A DNA stretch of 64,000 bases, from contig CAJINV010000001.1 of NCBI GenBank assembly GCA_905178155.1, forward strand, positions 5,770,750 through 5,834,749, given 5' to 3'. A program made the translations under genes and the position numbers. The stretch comes from Amoebophrya sp. A120. Its lineage: Eukaryota > Protista > Dinoflagellata. Each line of letters begins with the position of its first letter. Within the stretch, counting starts at the first letter, position 1. Shown here one piece after another: positions 41,271-53,636 of the stretch. The notes below the pieces were generated by a model. The model saw only the letters and a list, made by a program, of their open reading frames with translations. It was not told where the DNA came from and ran no database searches.

Positions 41271-42497
41271 ATGTGGAAAACAAACCGTCGCAAAGCAAGT
41301 CGGCCAGTTCGTAATGTGTTTTCCGTATTGCTGTGTCACTGCGCCTGCACGTTCACGAAGGTTTCGTGTTTCGGCCCCGATCTTGACTTCTCCGCGTACG
41401 ACTGGTTACGGGACAGCTTTAAGAGTGTAGACACGACCTGGATCAGCAATCTGCTTTCCAATCACTCCATTGGGTATGACTTCCCGCCAACGCCCGAGCG
41501 GCTGTGCCTCACCCGAAAGCCTCCCTGCACGCTGTGGCAGCTGAGCGCGCGCGACACCACGTGCGACCGGCGCATCGTGCCCTGCGGCACACACGAGAAT
41601 GATGTGAACAAGAACGCGTTCGAGGTGTACTTGCAGCGCCTTGGGCAGCCATCCGTGGTCACGCTCGGCGGCACCGATGGCAGTCGCGACAGCGACTGCG
41701 CGGAGGGCGGGCGCATCGACCCCTACGCCGACGCATCCAAACAGCTCTTTCTTGTCAGGTTCCAGCCGCCCATGCACCCCGTCTGCTGGGAGGTGCTGAT
41801 GCGGGCGGGGGAATGCTGGATTCCGGAGAACAGCCAGGCAAAAGAGGCCCACGAGTTCGGGTGTCTGGGACGGTGCGGCGGCAAGTGCGGGGGCGTGTTC
41901 TGCAGCAACTGGGGCGGCGACTGTTTGCGGAACGATGTGTGTCGGTACTTCCTTGGCGACGAGTGCGACATCAAGGGCGCGGCGCGAGACTGGAAATCCA
42001 CCTGTCTTTTCGGGTTTCACCACGGGGCCTGCGAGTCCGTGCGGGGAAACCCCCTGTACCACCAGGAAGACCGCATCTGCGGCGGCGCGTGGTGCCCGGC
42101 GTGGCGCTACACCGATTATTTCGTGCCGCGCAGGACCGTGGGACAGGAGCTCTGTTCGGAGCTCGACCAGAAAGATTTTGACAACGTCATGTGCCGCTCG
42201 GACTGCGTCACCTGCACCGACTTGGCTTGCGTGCAGCGGTGTCACCAGTGGCAGCAACGATTTCCTTTTTGTCGCTGCACAAGGCAGTGGCCGGCAACGC
42301 AATTTGTGTACGACGGTCCGTTCTCGCCTACCGCGATTACGAGTGGTGACGAGGGACCAGCGACCACGTTGACAAGTAGCAGCACTGTTTCTCCCACAAG
42401 TTCTTCTTGTCAAAGCGGAAATTTGACTGCCATGTGCAGCGATTTTTGCAACCACGCGAACAACCATTCAGCGCACGCCAGTGGCGAGGACTTGTAG
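41271..42497 (+). CDS. Cysteine-rich putative secreted protein
   Basis: N-terminal hydrophobic segment; more than 30 Cys; GCLGRCGGKCGGVFCSNWGGDCLRNDVC; Ser/Thr stalk. Confidence 0.7.
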   Translation: MWKTNRRKASRPVRNVFSVLLCHCACTFTKVSCFGPDLDFSAYDWLRDSFKSVDTTWISNLLSNHSIGYDFPPTPERLCLTRKPPCTLWQLSARDTTCDRRIVPCGTHENDVNKNAFEVYLQRLGQPSVVTLGGTDGSRDSDCAEGGRIDPYADASKQLFLVRFQPPMHPVCWEVLMRAGECWIPENSQAKEAHEFGCLGRCGGKCGGVFCSNWGGDCLRNDVCRYFLGDECDIKGAARDWKSTCLFGFHHGACESVRGNPLYHQEDRICGGAWCPAWRYTDYFVPRRTVGQELCSELDQKDFDNVMCRSDCVTCTDLACVQRCHQWQQRFPFCRCTRQWPATQFVYDGPFSPTAITSGDEGPATTLTSSSTVSPTSSSCQSGNLTAMCSDFCNHANNHSAHASGEDL

Positions 42498-42857
42498 CTG
42501 CTGGAGGAACAGTTGCTTTTTCCCTACATTTTGTGCACGGTCAGCTATAATTCACTTTCACTCCGCGATCCCCTTGATGCTTGAGCTTCGATTTTGTTGT
42601 TTTTGATTTTGCTTGCCGACCATGAACATGAGGTATAATTACGACCGGCCCATCAAATTTTGGATAGGAAAGAAAAAAATGTTTTTGGGAGTCATTCCCT
42701 TGATATCCTCAGGGAGCTGCCGCGACCCGGTCGGTGTCGATTGTCGCGTTCTGTTGTTTTCCGACACGTGAGCTAAAGCGCTAAAGCTAGCTCGCTGCTT
42801 CCGCTTGCATAGGTACCTCAAGAATCGAAAATCACATTTTTGCCAGAACATGAAAAC

Positions 42858-45800
42858 ATGGTGTCGTTTCGATCAGTTTCGTTTCACGTCTGGCAGCTCT
42901 TTGTCAGCATCCGGTGTCTTCAAGGCACCAGTTCATCTTTTTCGACATCTAATGAAAATTCAAAATCTAAAGACAATCATGAAGTTCCCGCTCTGTCGTT
43001 TTCTTCCAACGGCCGCGCTGGTCAGCAGGTCCCAGATCAACCTGCCGGCGCAGCTTCAACCCTCCCCGCGTCGCTTCTTCGGGAACAAGAGGATAGTGAT
43101 AGTAGGGCTCAGACCACAGTTGGACCTCAGGCGCTTCCGGATGTTGTGGAAGCGGGTGCCACGACCCAATTATCCGGGGGCAACCCCGGCACAGCATCGC
43201 AAGATGATGCTTCACCTGCAGTTTCCAAATCTGCTGCGGGAACTTATACCGTTTGGGGCACACCGACGAAGGCGGAGAAGCACGCTATCGAATTGGATTT
43301 GGAGTGCAGCAGCTACCAGGACTACGATTGGTTGCACGTGAAACGGCAGCTGTGGTGGTTCTTCGACGACATCGAGGTGCAATCCCACAACATGACCCTG
43401 ATCCACGAGATTCTTTACCTCGCGAAGTCGAAACCCCAGACGGACTGCTACATCGGCCTGTTTTGCCTGGGCCTGTTCACCTTTCTCTTCATGGAGCCCG
43501 AGAACCGCGCTAAGTCAGTGGTGCTCTCAACTTTCTTGTCTGGTGACTACGCGCGTGCCATCCCGCTCACCTTCTGGGACACCATCGCCGCCGGCTGGCC
43601 GGTTTTTACCATGCTAGACGTGCTCGCGCAGACCTTCTCACAGGACTATCGTGTGGACCAAGTGAGGCTTGACCCCTTCTGGGACTTCGAACAGGAAAGC
43701 CGCGGCCCCGCCTTCGAGTACGAAAAGATGCGCCAGGTGCATGCGACATTCTCCGCGGAGGTGAAAAACAAGCCAGCAGATGGAATGGGTTCAGCCGGAC
43801 AAAAACACAAGAACGTTGCGTCTTCTACAACTGCTTCGCAAAGACAGACACTTGCCGCCCGTTTAGCGCAAGTGTATCCGAGGGTGTCCGATGTCAATTT
43901 GTCTTTACCCGACAACAGCAGTCGTGAGAAAGACAAGGACGCTGGTGGGAACTACTCTGCCGCAACTACAACACAATCTTCGTGGGTCCCAACCATCGAG
44001 TGGGTGCGGCGGTACTGTGTGCAAGTGGCGGACGAATCGCGGATAGCACCAGCCGAAAGTTCAGACAGTAGCGGTGTGGTGCGAGCGCTGGACGCGCTTT
44101 TGTCCTTCGACCGGTATGGGGCGGCTGCGAGTTATTTTATCTTGGCGGAAAAGGTTCTGCGAAGGATGCGGGCCATACTTTCCGATAGCGTGGACGCGAG
44201 AAGACGAACCGCATCAACCGAGGCGGGCGGTGGCGAGAAGAATCACGACGATTCTAGCCTTGGTGATCCTGCAGCTGCACCAACAGCAGACGAACAGCGC
44301 CTTTCATCTGTGGTTGCGTTCAAGAACCGGAAATTTGTCCGGCGGTTGACGAGGTCGAAGCAGGAAGACTCTTCTTACGACCTCGCGGAGAGACAACTTT
44401 TCGAAACCGACCTGAAGTACAGGCAGCTGGTCACGGAGGCCCGCGGTCTGCTGCTGTTGGGGGAGATGGCTTTAGAGTGGCCACTATGGATTGTAAAAGT
44501 GTCTGGGTCTGGAAGGTTGGGACTTGTAATGCTAGCTTTCCATACCTAGAAAATCTGTATTGCATAACCAACAAAAGTCGCAGCCTCTTTTGTCCTGAAA
44601 AAACGCAGTTTCTCATGCGGATTGCCTATGAGAAAGCGTTTTGGGAAGTTGTCATACCGGACCGCATTCGGAAGTGTTTTCATCATGCACATTTGAGCAT
44701 CAGAAGTTTCCAGACCCAGACATTTTTACAGTTGGTAGCCACAGCAGGGCATGTCCAGGGTTCTGTACGACCGCACGTTGATCAGTGCGGACTTCTTATT
44801 CCAATGAAAGATCCCCCCTCCCCATATCGAAACAAAGTTTCTGATGCTGGATTTGCGTACACAAATCCGATTTGTCTTGCTGACGAGGACTGCAGACTCA
44901 TATCAAGCCTGAGTAGACAGGTTTTGGCCTAGGCACTCAGCATGAGAGACGTCTACGCTGTAGGGACGCAGCATGACAAACCGCCTGTAGAATGCGGCAG
45001 ATGCTGTAGAGTTGCCCTCATGCAACACAGAGACGATTTGTGGCCACAAATCAGCAACGCAAATGTTCGGCAACATACCTTTTCAATATGGGGAGGGGGG
45101 ATTTTTCCTCTCAATACTTCTGGCCGCTGTGGAAGTTGGTCGCCAATGTCGAGCGTACCGGAGCGGTGACCCGCAACTACAACAAAATGTTGCCGCTGCA
45201 ACGAATCCAAAATTTGCGAACGATGCAAGAACGCAGCGGCGAAGTAGGTGTAAGCACAAAAGCAGAGAAAACAAGCAGTCCGGACCACGGCTCAGAAGTA
45301 GAGATGAAACCAGCCCCAGAGGACGCCACAGCAATTTCCGCGCCCCTGCAGCACGTCGCGTTCTCTGGCAACAAAGAGCAAGTGCCCGGCATGGTGGCGA
45401 GTTTCGAGAGTTTGGTGAGGAATGCCAAAAACCCAGAAAAACTGGTCATACATTTCTTTCTAGCGCGGGAAGAGGTGCCGATTTTCCTGAATGTGCTCGC
45501 CTGTAGTTTCAAGGAGGTGTTCCACGTGCTACTACCGTCCAAGCAATCAGGTGCACTTACCGGCGTTTCCAGCAGCGATAGATCACCAGAAGGAAATCGA
45601 AGTTCATCCACCGTGACCGGCGTGGTAGATGAAAGACAGCACTACACCTCCACTTCTCTGCCCTCAGCAGAGCAGAAGTACCAACCCGTAGGTGCGAGCG
45701 AGAATGACGCGGTCTCTCTACGGTCGCTTTTGTTGGAGCACGGCGCTTTGGGCAGTGTTTCTACAACTCCTTCAAACAGCACTGATTCAACATCGGGTGC

Positions 45801-46896
45801 TAGTACTGCGCCAGCAGCCCCGAGGACAAATGACTTCCTCGACGTTGTGGATATGAAGGTGCTGACCACCTTTCTGAAGGACTACGCACGTGTAACTGAG
45901 GTTCTGACCGCCTTCGCCACGTTTGTGCTGCACGGCACGGCGCGACTGAAGTTGCACCTGTTTAACGCGACGGACTTGAGCGAATACGTCTCGGACGACG
46001 CCCATTCCAGCAACCACGGCAATTTGACCGCGCCCCACAACTACATCCGGTTTTCCCTCGCGCGCAGGTTGGAGAAGGTGCATTTAATGGGCATAGTACA
46101 ACAGCAACAGCAACAGCAACAAGCGGTTCCCGCCTTCAAAATCACGACCTGGTCAGTAGCCGTGGTCCACCAGGTCGATGTTGTTCTGTACCTGGACCTG
46201 GATCTCATCGTCGCTGGGGACGTAGGGTCACTCTTCGCCGAGCTGCAGCGCGCGAATTTTCTCAAGAGTTTTCCGATCGCGGCGGTGCCGCGGCCGAACC
46301 CGTTGTCCACCTTTTTGTACAACTGGGACCAGCAGAAGGCCGGGCAGTGGCAGCCCATCTTCTCGACGCCCAGTTTCAACGCGGGTGTGATGGTGTTCAA
46401 CCTGCAAATGTGGCGGTCCGAAAAGCTGGAGGAAAAGCTCCGGGACCATGTTTTCCGTCCGGCGTTGCGTCTCGGCCGCTTCTGGAAGTTGGGCAGCCAG
46501 CCTCCGCTGCTGGCCTGGTTTCTGGACTCCTTTTCCAATCCGACCAGTCGGAATTACTATGAAGCGGGGGTGTCCAAGTCCACCACCTCTCGCAGTCGGA
46601 ACGTGCTTTTCCTTTCCCCCGAGTGGAACGTCGAAGGGCTGGGCCACCACTGCCAGTCCAGCTTTTACGACAAGGCGCAGTGTCTGACGGAGATGCAAAA
46701 AAAGGTAAAGTCCGGCAAAATCCTGCACTGGACTGGGCCGAACAAACCGTGGATTTACGTGGACGAAAAGGACGACTTCAACAGCAAATTCCTCATTTCG
46801 GACGTTTTAGAGCCGAACAAAGACGGCGACGCAAACGCAGACCACGACACCTACAAAAAGATCTGGCAAAAGTACGCAAGACATTGCTGGTATTAA
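42858..46896 (+). CDS. Large protein with C-terminal GT8 (GAUT/GATL/GLT8D-like) glycosyltransferase domain; 3 exons
   Basis: HNYIRF, VLYLDLDLIVAGDV (DxD), FNAGVMVFNLQMWR, WKLGSQPPLL, WNVEGLG, ILHWTGPNKPW. ORFs 42840-44549 and 45040-46896 join through exon 44743-44796 once two introners are removed. Confidence 0.85.
44485..44737 (+). mobile_element. Introner family A (diverged), 253 bp
   Basis: TIR TATGGATTGTAAAAGTGTCTGGGTCTGGAA / TTCCAGACCCAGACATTTTTACAGTTGGTA; TSD GCCAC/GCCAC. Confidence 0.93.
44797..45116 (+). mobile_element. Introner family C2 (C-tract/G-tract TIR), 320 bp
   Basis: TIR TATTCCAATGAAAGATCCCCCCTCCCCATAT / ATATGGGGAGGGGGGATTTTTCCTCTCAATA; TSD CTTCT/CTTCT; removal gives SADFWPLWK. 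Confidence 0.92.
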
Positions 46897-48646
46897 TTCC
46901 GTTCTGCACAAATGCGAATGTCGACAAAAAGTATAGATATGGAACGTAAACCTAAACGCGCAAAAGAAGAGCGACTTCTGGTTAAGACAAGAGGGAGACG
47001 CGCCTTGGTGGCCGGATTTTTTCTGAACGCGGACTAAGCCGAAGCCACCGTCGTCCTTGTTCGACGGGATATGTTCAGTCGGGTATTTTGTGCCAAAGAT
47101 CTATAAATATATCTTGTCCTCCAGTACAAAGCGAGATCACAACTTGGAAGAGGCGTGAAGTGATTTTCATAAGGATTGTATTGAATCCCGGCCGAGTTGT
47201 CAGTTTCTATAGGACAGTCAGTTCGCGACACTTACATCAACTTCGCACACAAAAAAACGCCTACTTACCCTCTCTGTTCGAAATTGTGACTATATTGGAA
47301 AGGAGTCCTTCCTTTACTCTTGGCGCGCCACCTTGTGCAGTCTAGGTGAAGATAACGATGATGATTATAATCGCGTGTATCAAAAATGTCCGTTACAAGC
47401 AACATAGCCTCTCCTGTACTCTCTTTCAAGATTGAGATACAGCATCAAGCACCAAAAGCAAGTTAAAGTTTGACAAGTCTTTATGAGTCAGACTTACTTC
47501 AAGTTTGCCAATAGCTTAGTCGTAAATTCTTCGTCTATCATCACGTTTCACGAGGTCAAGAGTGAAAAAGCAAGAAGACCCCACATCGGGAGCTGATCTT
47601 GAACGCAATCAAAGACAACTGCGGACAACTCTGCGGGAGGGGTACAGGCATCACTGTAAGCCGCCTCTACTAGAACAGTATGCGTGGCCAAGTTCATGAA
47701 AAAATTGCGGATACGCCAAGCCCCATGCTCCTAGTACAGTGCGCGCTGTCAAGTTTAGCTCATGAAAAAACTCGCCGGAGCTCCTACAGCCCCGAGTACG
47801 CCCCACTGCATGCGTCCATGCTATCTTTATCCAATCCAATCCGTCGTCCTGTTCTTTCACTCGTCGTGTAGGTGATGCTTGAAGTTCAGGGTCGAGGTGT
47901 GTGAAGCTAGAGTCAAAATGTCGGGGAAACGTGCGCCGGCCGCTTCCGTCCTCACCCAGGTAGATTCGCTAGCATTGCAGTCAGCATGTTATTGGTCAAC
48001 ATGGAAATCGATGGTCATTGCAGTCAGCATGTTATTTGTGAATAGTTGGCGGTCGCGGTCGGTCGGGCTGGAAAGCTCACGGCTGCACCAGCCGCCTGTG
48101 GCGAGTGCGTTATTTTTTGTAGGAGCAATCTGCAGTATAAACCCATCCAAATAATAAACTTAAACGATCAGGTACCGGCAGGGCTGATGGTGAAATCGTT
48201 CGACGAGTGCCGCTCTGAGCTGCTGCACAGCGGGGGTTCTGGCCATCGGAGTACCGATCGCCCAGTTGTTGTTCGTGCCCGTGCCACCGCTGCGGCGAGA
48301 ACTGCGTCTGGACTCTGCAGCGTAGCGCTATTGGCTGCCGAGTGCGCCGATGTAGGTATTGTCGTCGTCGGTATCATCTTCAACCGATCAGATTTGCCTT
48401 CTTCATTGTCAACCCATTTTGCGCAGGACGTCTTTATTGGTTGCTTGAAAAACTTGACAGCTCGCTTTGCGACAGTGCAAAGCCTCCACTTCCCAGTGGG
48501 ATGTCACAAAGCAAGATTTATAGGTATTGTCGTCGCGGCATTGGAGCATACCCAGCGCCGTGAGGTGCAACTGACGTCAGATGCTGTGTCAAAAGTCGAA
48601 TACGGTGGCCACCGCGCAGAAACGGACAGTGCGGATGAGGCGGAAA

Positions 48647-48650
<4 letters not shown>

Positions 48651-48688
<38 letters not shown>
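48651..48688. repeat. (AC)19 microsatellite
   Basis: Read directly from the sequence. Confidence 0.97.
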
Positions 48689-48695
<7 letters not shown>

Positions 48696-48903
48696 AACAG
48701 GGGGCGCAGGTGTCTTTCTTCTTTTTTGCATCCAGGGAGGTGCGTTATTTGTGAAAGAAGGCTTTGTACTTTCTAGAATGTTTCGTCAGTTCTGTACGAG
48801 AGAAATAATGATGTGCTCGCTTTACATCAGCGCGTTGGGTCGCCTACTTCGCGAATGACCTGCCTGACTACAACATCCCTATAATTGGCAGGCACCTTCG
48901 TTC

Positions 48904-49827
48904 GTGCAGAAGAGGCAGAAGGAATTGGAAATGATCGAAAAGGACGACGGTGGCACCATCGCTATGGGCGGCCGTCTTGCCACGGATTACGTGCTCTACT
49001 TCCAGAACAAGCAAGCGGCGAAAGCTCTAGGCGAACGCATCAAGACCAGCCTGAAATTGACGGCGGTGCAGTGGAATAACATCGAGGAGAACGCGCTGGC
49101 TTTTCCATTAGATGTTCTGCCCCCACTGTACGCTGTTCAATTGCTGCACAATTTCGCAGCGCTCGACAAAGACGAATCGAACTCGTTAGGACGGGACGAG
49201 GTGGTGAGAAGCGGACCGGTTTTGTTCTGCCCCGCGAACGTGTTAATTTCGGGCACCACTTTGGCCTCGAACACAGCAACCACGTCCGTCGATGGGACGG
49301 AACGCGCAGGGGCTCAACTTGTTCACGCCGCGAACTCGAGCCTGTTGCTTGTGTCGTTTACGGATTACGCTTGCTATTGTAGTAACGTTCACTCCTGCAT
49401 CGGGCGTTCCCACACGTTCGCCGCGCTTGCGTCCGCACTGCACGAATCGGAATCCCCATCGTCGACTTCGTTCACCCAGCGGATGGCCGCAGGCGGGGCG
49501 ATTGTTATTTCGGTCGCCATCGGAAAACTCATAATGGCTATCTATCAGGTTATCCACGCGGTGATCACGTCGCCGTACTACGTCCAGGCAGCCAAGGCGG
49601 GGGTCCATGTGCTGGCCAACCACGCGGGGGGCCATCACTTGCACAAGCTGGTCAATGCGGTGAAGCCCCATTCCTTGCAGCACCTCTTCTCAACAAATGA
49701 CTTACATATGAAGGATTTCCCAAGACTGGTCCGTGCCTGCAAAGCAGCTGTGCACCGTATGCTGCAGGCAGCCCATCATGCTTACAACGAAATCACATTC
49801 GAGCACCTGAAGAAACTTTATGGTTGA
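48904..49827 (+). CDS. Hypothetical protein with one EF-hand-like loop and a TM helix (start or upstream exon uncertain)
   Basis: FAALDKDESNSLGRDEV; hydrophobic GGAIVISVAIGKLIMAIYQVI. Confidence 0.55.
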   Translation: MQKRQKELEMIEKDDGGTIAMGGRLATDYVLYFQNKQAAKALGERIKTSLKLTAVQWNNIEENALAFPLDVLPPLYAVQLLHNFAALDKDESNSLGRDEVVRSGPVLFCPANVLISGTTLASNTATTSVDGTERAGAQLVHAANSSLLLVSFTDYACYCSNVHSCIGRSHTFAALASALHESESPSSTSFTQRMAAGGAIVISVAIGKLIMAIYQVIHAVITSPYYVQAAKAGVHVLANHAGGHHLHKLVNAVKPHSLQHLFSTNDLHMKDFPRLVRACKAAVHRMLQAAHHAYNEITFEHLKKLYG

Positions 49828-52340
49828 GCATCGCGAAGCCAAGGCAGTGCGTTTGCACCAGGTTTGATGTTGCCATGGAACCGAAGAGCCACCACCTTGT
49901 CTTCGTCCGTTTGGTCTGTGATTCGTTGTAACAGTAAGATCAACATGCGGGTTCTGCAATCGACGCGACAGCCGCAGAAAAATCGCTGTTACCTTGTCCT
50001 CAAAGGTAGTCTTGAGGGATGTTGTTGTTCTTTTCTGTAACTGTTTCGTGATGTCGCTTGTTCGCACGGATCGGTCGCTGCTCCGAGTTTCGTGTTTTTC
50101 TACGCCAGGCAATGATTATTAGCACCGCTGCTGCTGATGTTGAATTTCATTTACATTTCTTTTACCAACGAGTGCGAGCATACCGAACGGTAAGATTTAG
50201 CTCATGAATAGCTCCAGCTGCACTCTTAAAGTTCTGGAACGCCACCTCCGACTCCGACTCCCGCAGCCGAGCCGAGCCGTAATGAGGCCCGGGAAGAACT
50301 TGTCATGTATGGTGGGACTTGTCATGTATGAGGCCCGGGAAGAACTTGTCATGAGGCCCAGAAATGTCATGTATTGCGGGAGGGATACAAGCATTACTGT
50401 TAGCCGCCTCTACTAGTACAGTAAGCGTGGTCGAGCTCTAGTTCATGAAAAAACCGGCTGCACTCTTAAAGTTCCGGTACGCCAATCCCCTTGCGTGCGT
50501 GCGTGCGTAATATTCTGATCTGATCTGATACAAAAGTCCTAAAAAGTTTAAAATTGTTTTCCGCTTTCGAGCTTTTGGGGCCGCAAGGTGCCTCGGGGTG
50601 CGGCAGGCCGGTTTCGCTACTAGGGTCGCCCTTGTCAAAGCGTCTAGGCTAGCACGTGGGGCTGCTTATTGCCTTCGCCCAGGCTTAGCGAACGCGCTTG
50701 ACTGCGACCCTTTGCGCGTTATCAGCGCCCACGGCTGCCTGCCCTTCGCTGCGTGCCACTTCCGGGCCCGAGCAGCACCACTCACACCATGGGCGGGATG
50801 CGTCATAGCCTAAACACTTCGGAAGAATTGCAGCACAGCTGAAATGATTTAAGAAGTGCCTGCATCAGATTGCGGCGAGCCGCGCGGAGAGACCAGGGAG
50901 CTCTGTGGCTGCGTCTCAGGGAAGATTCACAGGCCGACGACTGCTTTCCCGGTCGGTCGCAGAGGATGCGCCGCGCAAGGCGTCGGTGCTGAAAGGAATG
51001 GAAAGAATGCTGACACCTTTTTGGCCAGAAATTGCCAAAGCATCTGCATTTGTCGCGTATTCCGTGACCCATGGACATGGAGTCGATTTTCATTTTTCCT
51101 GGGGGGGGGGAATGTAAAATGGCCAAAAGGGGAAATGTGAGGTAGCGCCAAACGCGACTACCAGGGGAAATGTAGGGCAGCCCCAAAAGGGAAATGCAGC
51201 ACTGTTAGAAACCTAGACGCGCGAGCACCAACGCAAGTAAACTACGACAGTGGAACAAGTGTGAGTAGTACTGTGCGCCTCGTAATCACGGCGCAGCTCG
51301 CTTACTTATGATAGCCGTGCTAGTATGTATACTAGGCGCAATCTGTGGGGGGCATGGGATAGCAAGTCGCTTGACAATATGCGTGGCAGATGGTAAGGCT
51401 ACGGCTACGGAGGAGGATGATGGACCTCAGATCGAGGGCCTAGCACGCCCGAAAGATTTGCTACCAGACTGGCCAGATTTGCGTCGCGATTTGCGTCGTG
51501 TTTCGCTTCTGGCCGTCACTAGGTCACGCTGGTGCTCCGATCTATCCAACACAAATAGAAATGTAAATGCACAAAAGTGGGAACTTTTGCAGAGTCGGGT
51601 GGCCGACATTCCGGAGAAGTTTAAACGAAATGCAAACGATAATGACTCCCAGGAGGTTCCGAAAATGTCGCCCGGGGTGTATCTTGGAGACCCCTCCCCG
51701 AAAGCCACCAGATTTATTTCAGGCGAAAGCCCCAGACCATGCTCGAAGGCCCGCGCCTGCCATCTGGCCCGGCCGGGGCGAATCGTCGCGCCCTTGGCCT
51801 CAAGAAGGCGCCCACTGCGACCCGTTTGCGAAAATGACACGGGTCGCGCCCGTGTCAGCTGCCTTGGGTGCCTTTGCACTTGAGGACGTGTTGTATGTCT
51901 CGGGCGCACGTACATACTAGTATGCAGGGACGGCGGAGCCGGAAAAAAAATCGCGCAGCTGAGTTTCCGCCGAAGGAAGTCGCTCTGTGCCCGGCTGTTG
52001 CGCAGAAGCCGAGAAGGCCTGCGGCATAGGAGCAGAGAACAGCCACCAGGTTTCCGTGGGAGCTTTGGCCCAGGTTCGTGCGGCCTATCAAATCGGCCCG
52101 CTTTGATGGACTTGCTGCTAGCGCGCACACAAGCGCTCCGCGCTGGCGCGGGGCACTGCATGCAACAACACGCCCCAAAACGACGTCGCCGCCGGTACTT
52201 GTTAGGGGGCACCGGATAGGGGAGCTTTGCCCGGGCTCGCACGCGCTTGAATTGTCAATTTTTTGAAAAATGTAATAAAGAAAATGTAAGATGATCATGA
52301 TCAGTCGGCGACGGTGCTAACGATTATAGTACTTTGGCAA

Positions 52341-52661
52341 ATGCAACAGCGCTGTCGGCTTCGCGTTCTCAGCAGCGATCCACTTGCGGACATCTATTTT
52401 GATGCTGAATCAGCGGACGATCTCGCCACGCAAATTCTGGAGACTACGGCTTTGTGGAATGAGCATCAGATCCCCAAGTTGGATGAGACGCTGAAGAAAC
52501 GCTGGAATGAAAACAACCACGATGAAATCCAAGCCGATAAAGCGGACAACGTGTACTCATCCTATGTTACGCCTTACATGAAAGCGCCGGAGATGCCGTA
52601 CCAACATCCCACGTCGGGGAATCACGCGTCGCGCCCCAACCATCACGGGGGCGCTTCGTGA
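52341..52661 (+). CDS. Short hypothetical ORF or gene fragment
   Basis: Protein-like composition (DPLADIYFDAESADDLATQILETTALWNEH); no recognisable family. Confidence 0.3.
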   Translation: MQQRCRLRVLSSDPLADIYFDAESADDLATQILETTALWNEHQIPKLDETLKKRWNENNHDEIQADKADNVYSSYVTPYMKAPEMPYQHPTSGNHASRPNHHGGAS

Positions 52662-53636
52662 TCGATTTTCGTGATCTTTGGTATTTTTTCCAAGCGCTTT
52701 TCATTCGTTCTAAAGTTGACTCGTTCTACGCACGACGAATGAATCGTCTTTCAGCTGAGAGCCATCACCTTGCTACTCGCACTGTTCGCTTTTGATGACT
52801 GCAGCGCAAGTTTCGCATTTTCGCATGCTTGCAAAGCCGTATATATACTACTCGGACGTCGAAAAAAAATACAAGGTATGCCCACGCGGAACTTTTGCCG
52901 GGACCTGCCGTGATTATCCTAAGGAGTGTCAGATCGAAGGAAGATAGAGGTCGAGTATAGCAATGGACCAATCTCGATTTTTGTCATTACGGCACATCAT
53001 ATGTGTGAACTTACCTTATCATCTTCAAGTTAAGATTGGCGTTCTAGCTTATTCAACAAAAACTGTTTTTAATGTGGGTGCGCAGAATGCCGCGCAAAGG
53101 CAAAACAAGAGGAGAAAGGAGGAAAACGTGACTACAAGAGGAGAAATGACACTGAGCGTCCTTTTCTGAGCCTTTTACTGGGTAAGCTCATCGGCATTAT
53201 TGCTACACCGTTTAACCTAATAAGCACCGCTTGACGGCGGACATACTGGCTGTGAACAGGCTGGGCGTTCGCCGTTAGCCGATTGGCAACTTACCGGCAG
53301 CGCGCGTTTGACAACTATTTATTAGCACACGGGAAACTCTTGTATTTTGGATTTTTGCGATCTTCGTTGCTTCCACTGGGGATCGCTCGGCTCGCGCCAG
53401 CTCCCGGTTGAAGTTTTCTCTTTTGGAAAATTGTCCTAACTCCCCTGGGATCATTTTCTAGCGGTTTTGTTCTCGGGCATTCATCCATGTAATTGATGCT
53501 TTTATTTGCCATGAGCCCATACTTCTATAGTTACACTGTGGAGTAGCTGCAGTGTGTCCGCTTCCGTTGTAACTTTATGTCCATTCGGCACGTTGCGCGA
53601 GGCTCCTGGAGCCCGTTTTTCTTTTCCAGTTGGAAA

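Larger units (their letters stand above)
47653..50490. repeat. Dispersed direct-repeat modules (A1...B1-A2-B2 arrangement) bracketing an ORF
   Basis: A: ACTGT(A/T)AGCCGCCTCTACTAG(A/T)ACAGTA(T/A)GCGTGG at 47653 and 50396. B: GCTGCACTCTTAAAGTTCYGGWACGCCA at about 50217 and 50457. ATGAGGCCCGGGAAGAACTTGTCATG repeated at 50282 and 50328. Confidence 0.75.

Noticed and set aside
44485-44737. TIR mismatches mostly G-U compatible, suggesting selection on the RNA hairpin
   Set aside because: True for this copy, but other copies (14085, 22127) have A-C and A-A mismatches; too few cases to claim.
48046-48858. 270-aa ORF with HTHTHT tract
   Set aside because: It runs through an (AC)n microsatellite and lacks coding bias; it could at most contain a small upstream exon.
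50282-50370. Short repeats with spacers resembling a CRISPR array
   Set aside because: Only 2-3 overlapping degenerate units, eukaryotic context and no cas genes.
51308-52298. ORFs as a candidate autonomous transposase for the introners
   Set aside because: No DDE, tyrosine-recombinase, HUH or RT motifs recognised here or elsewhere in the window.
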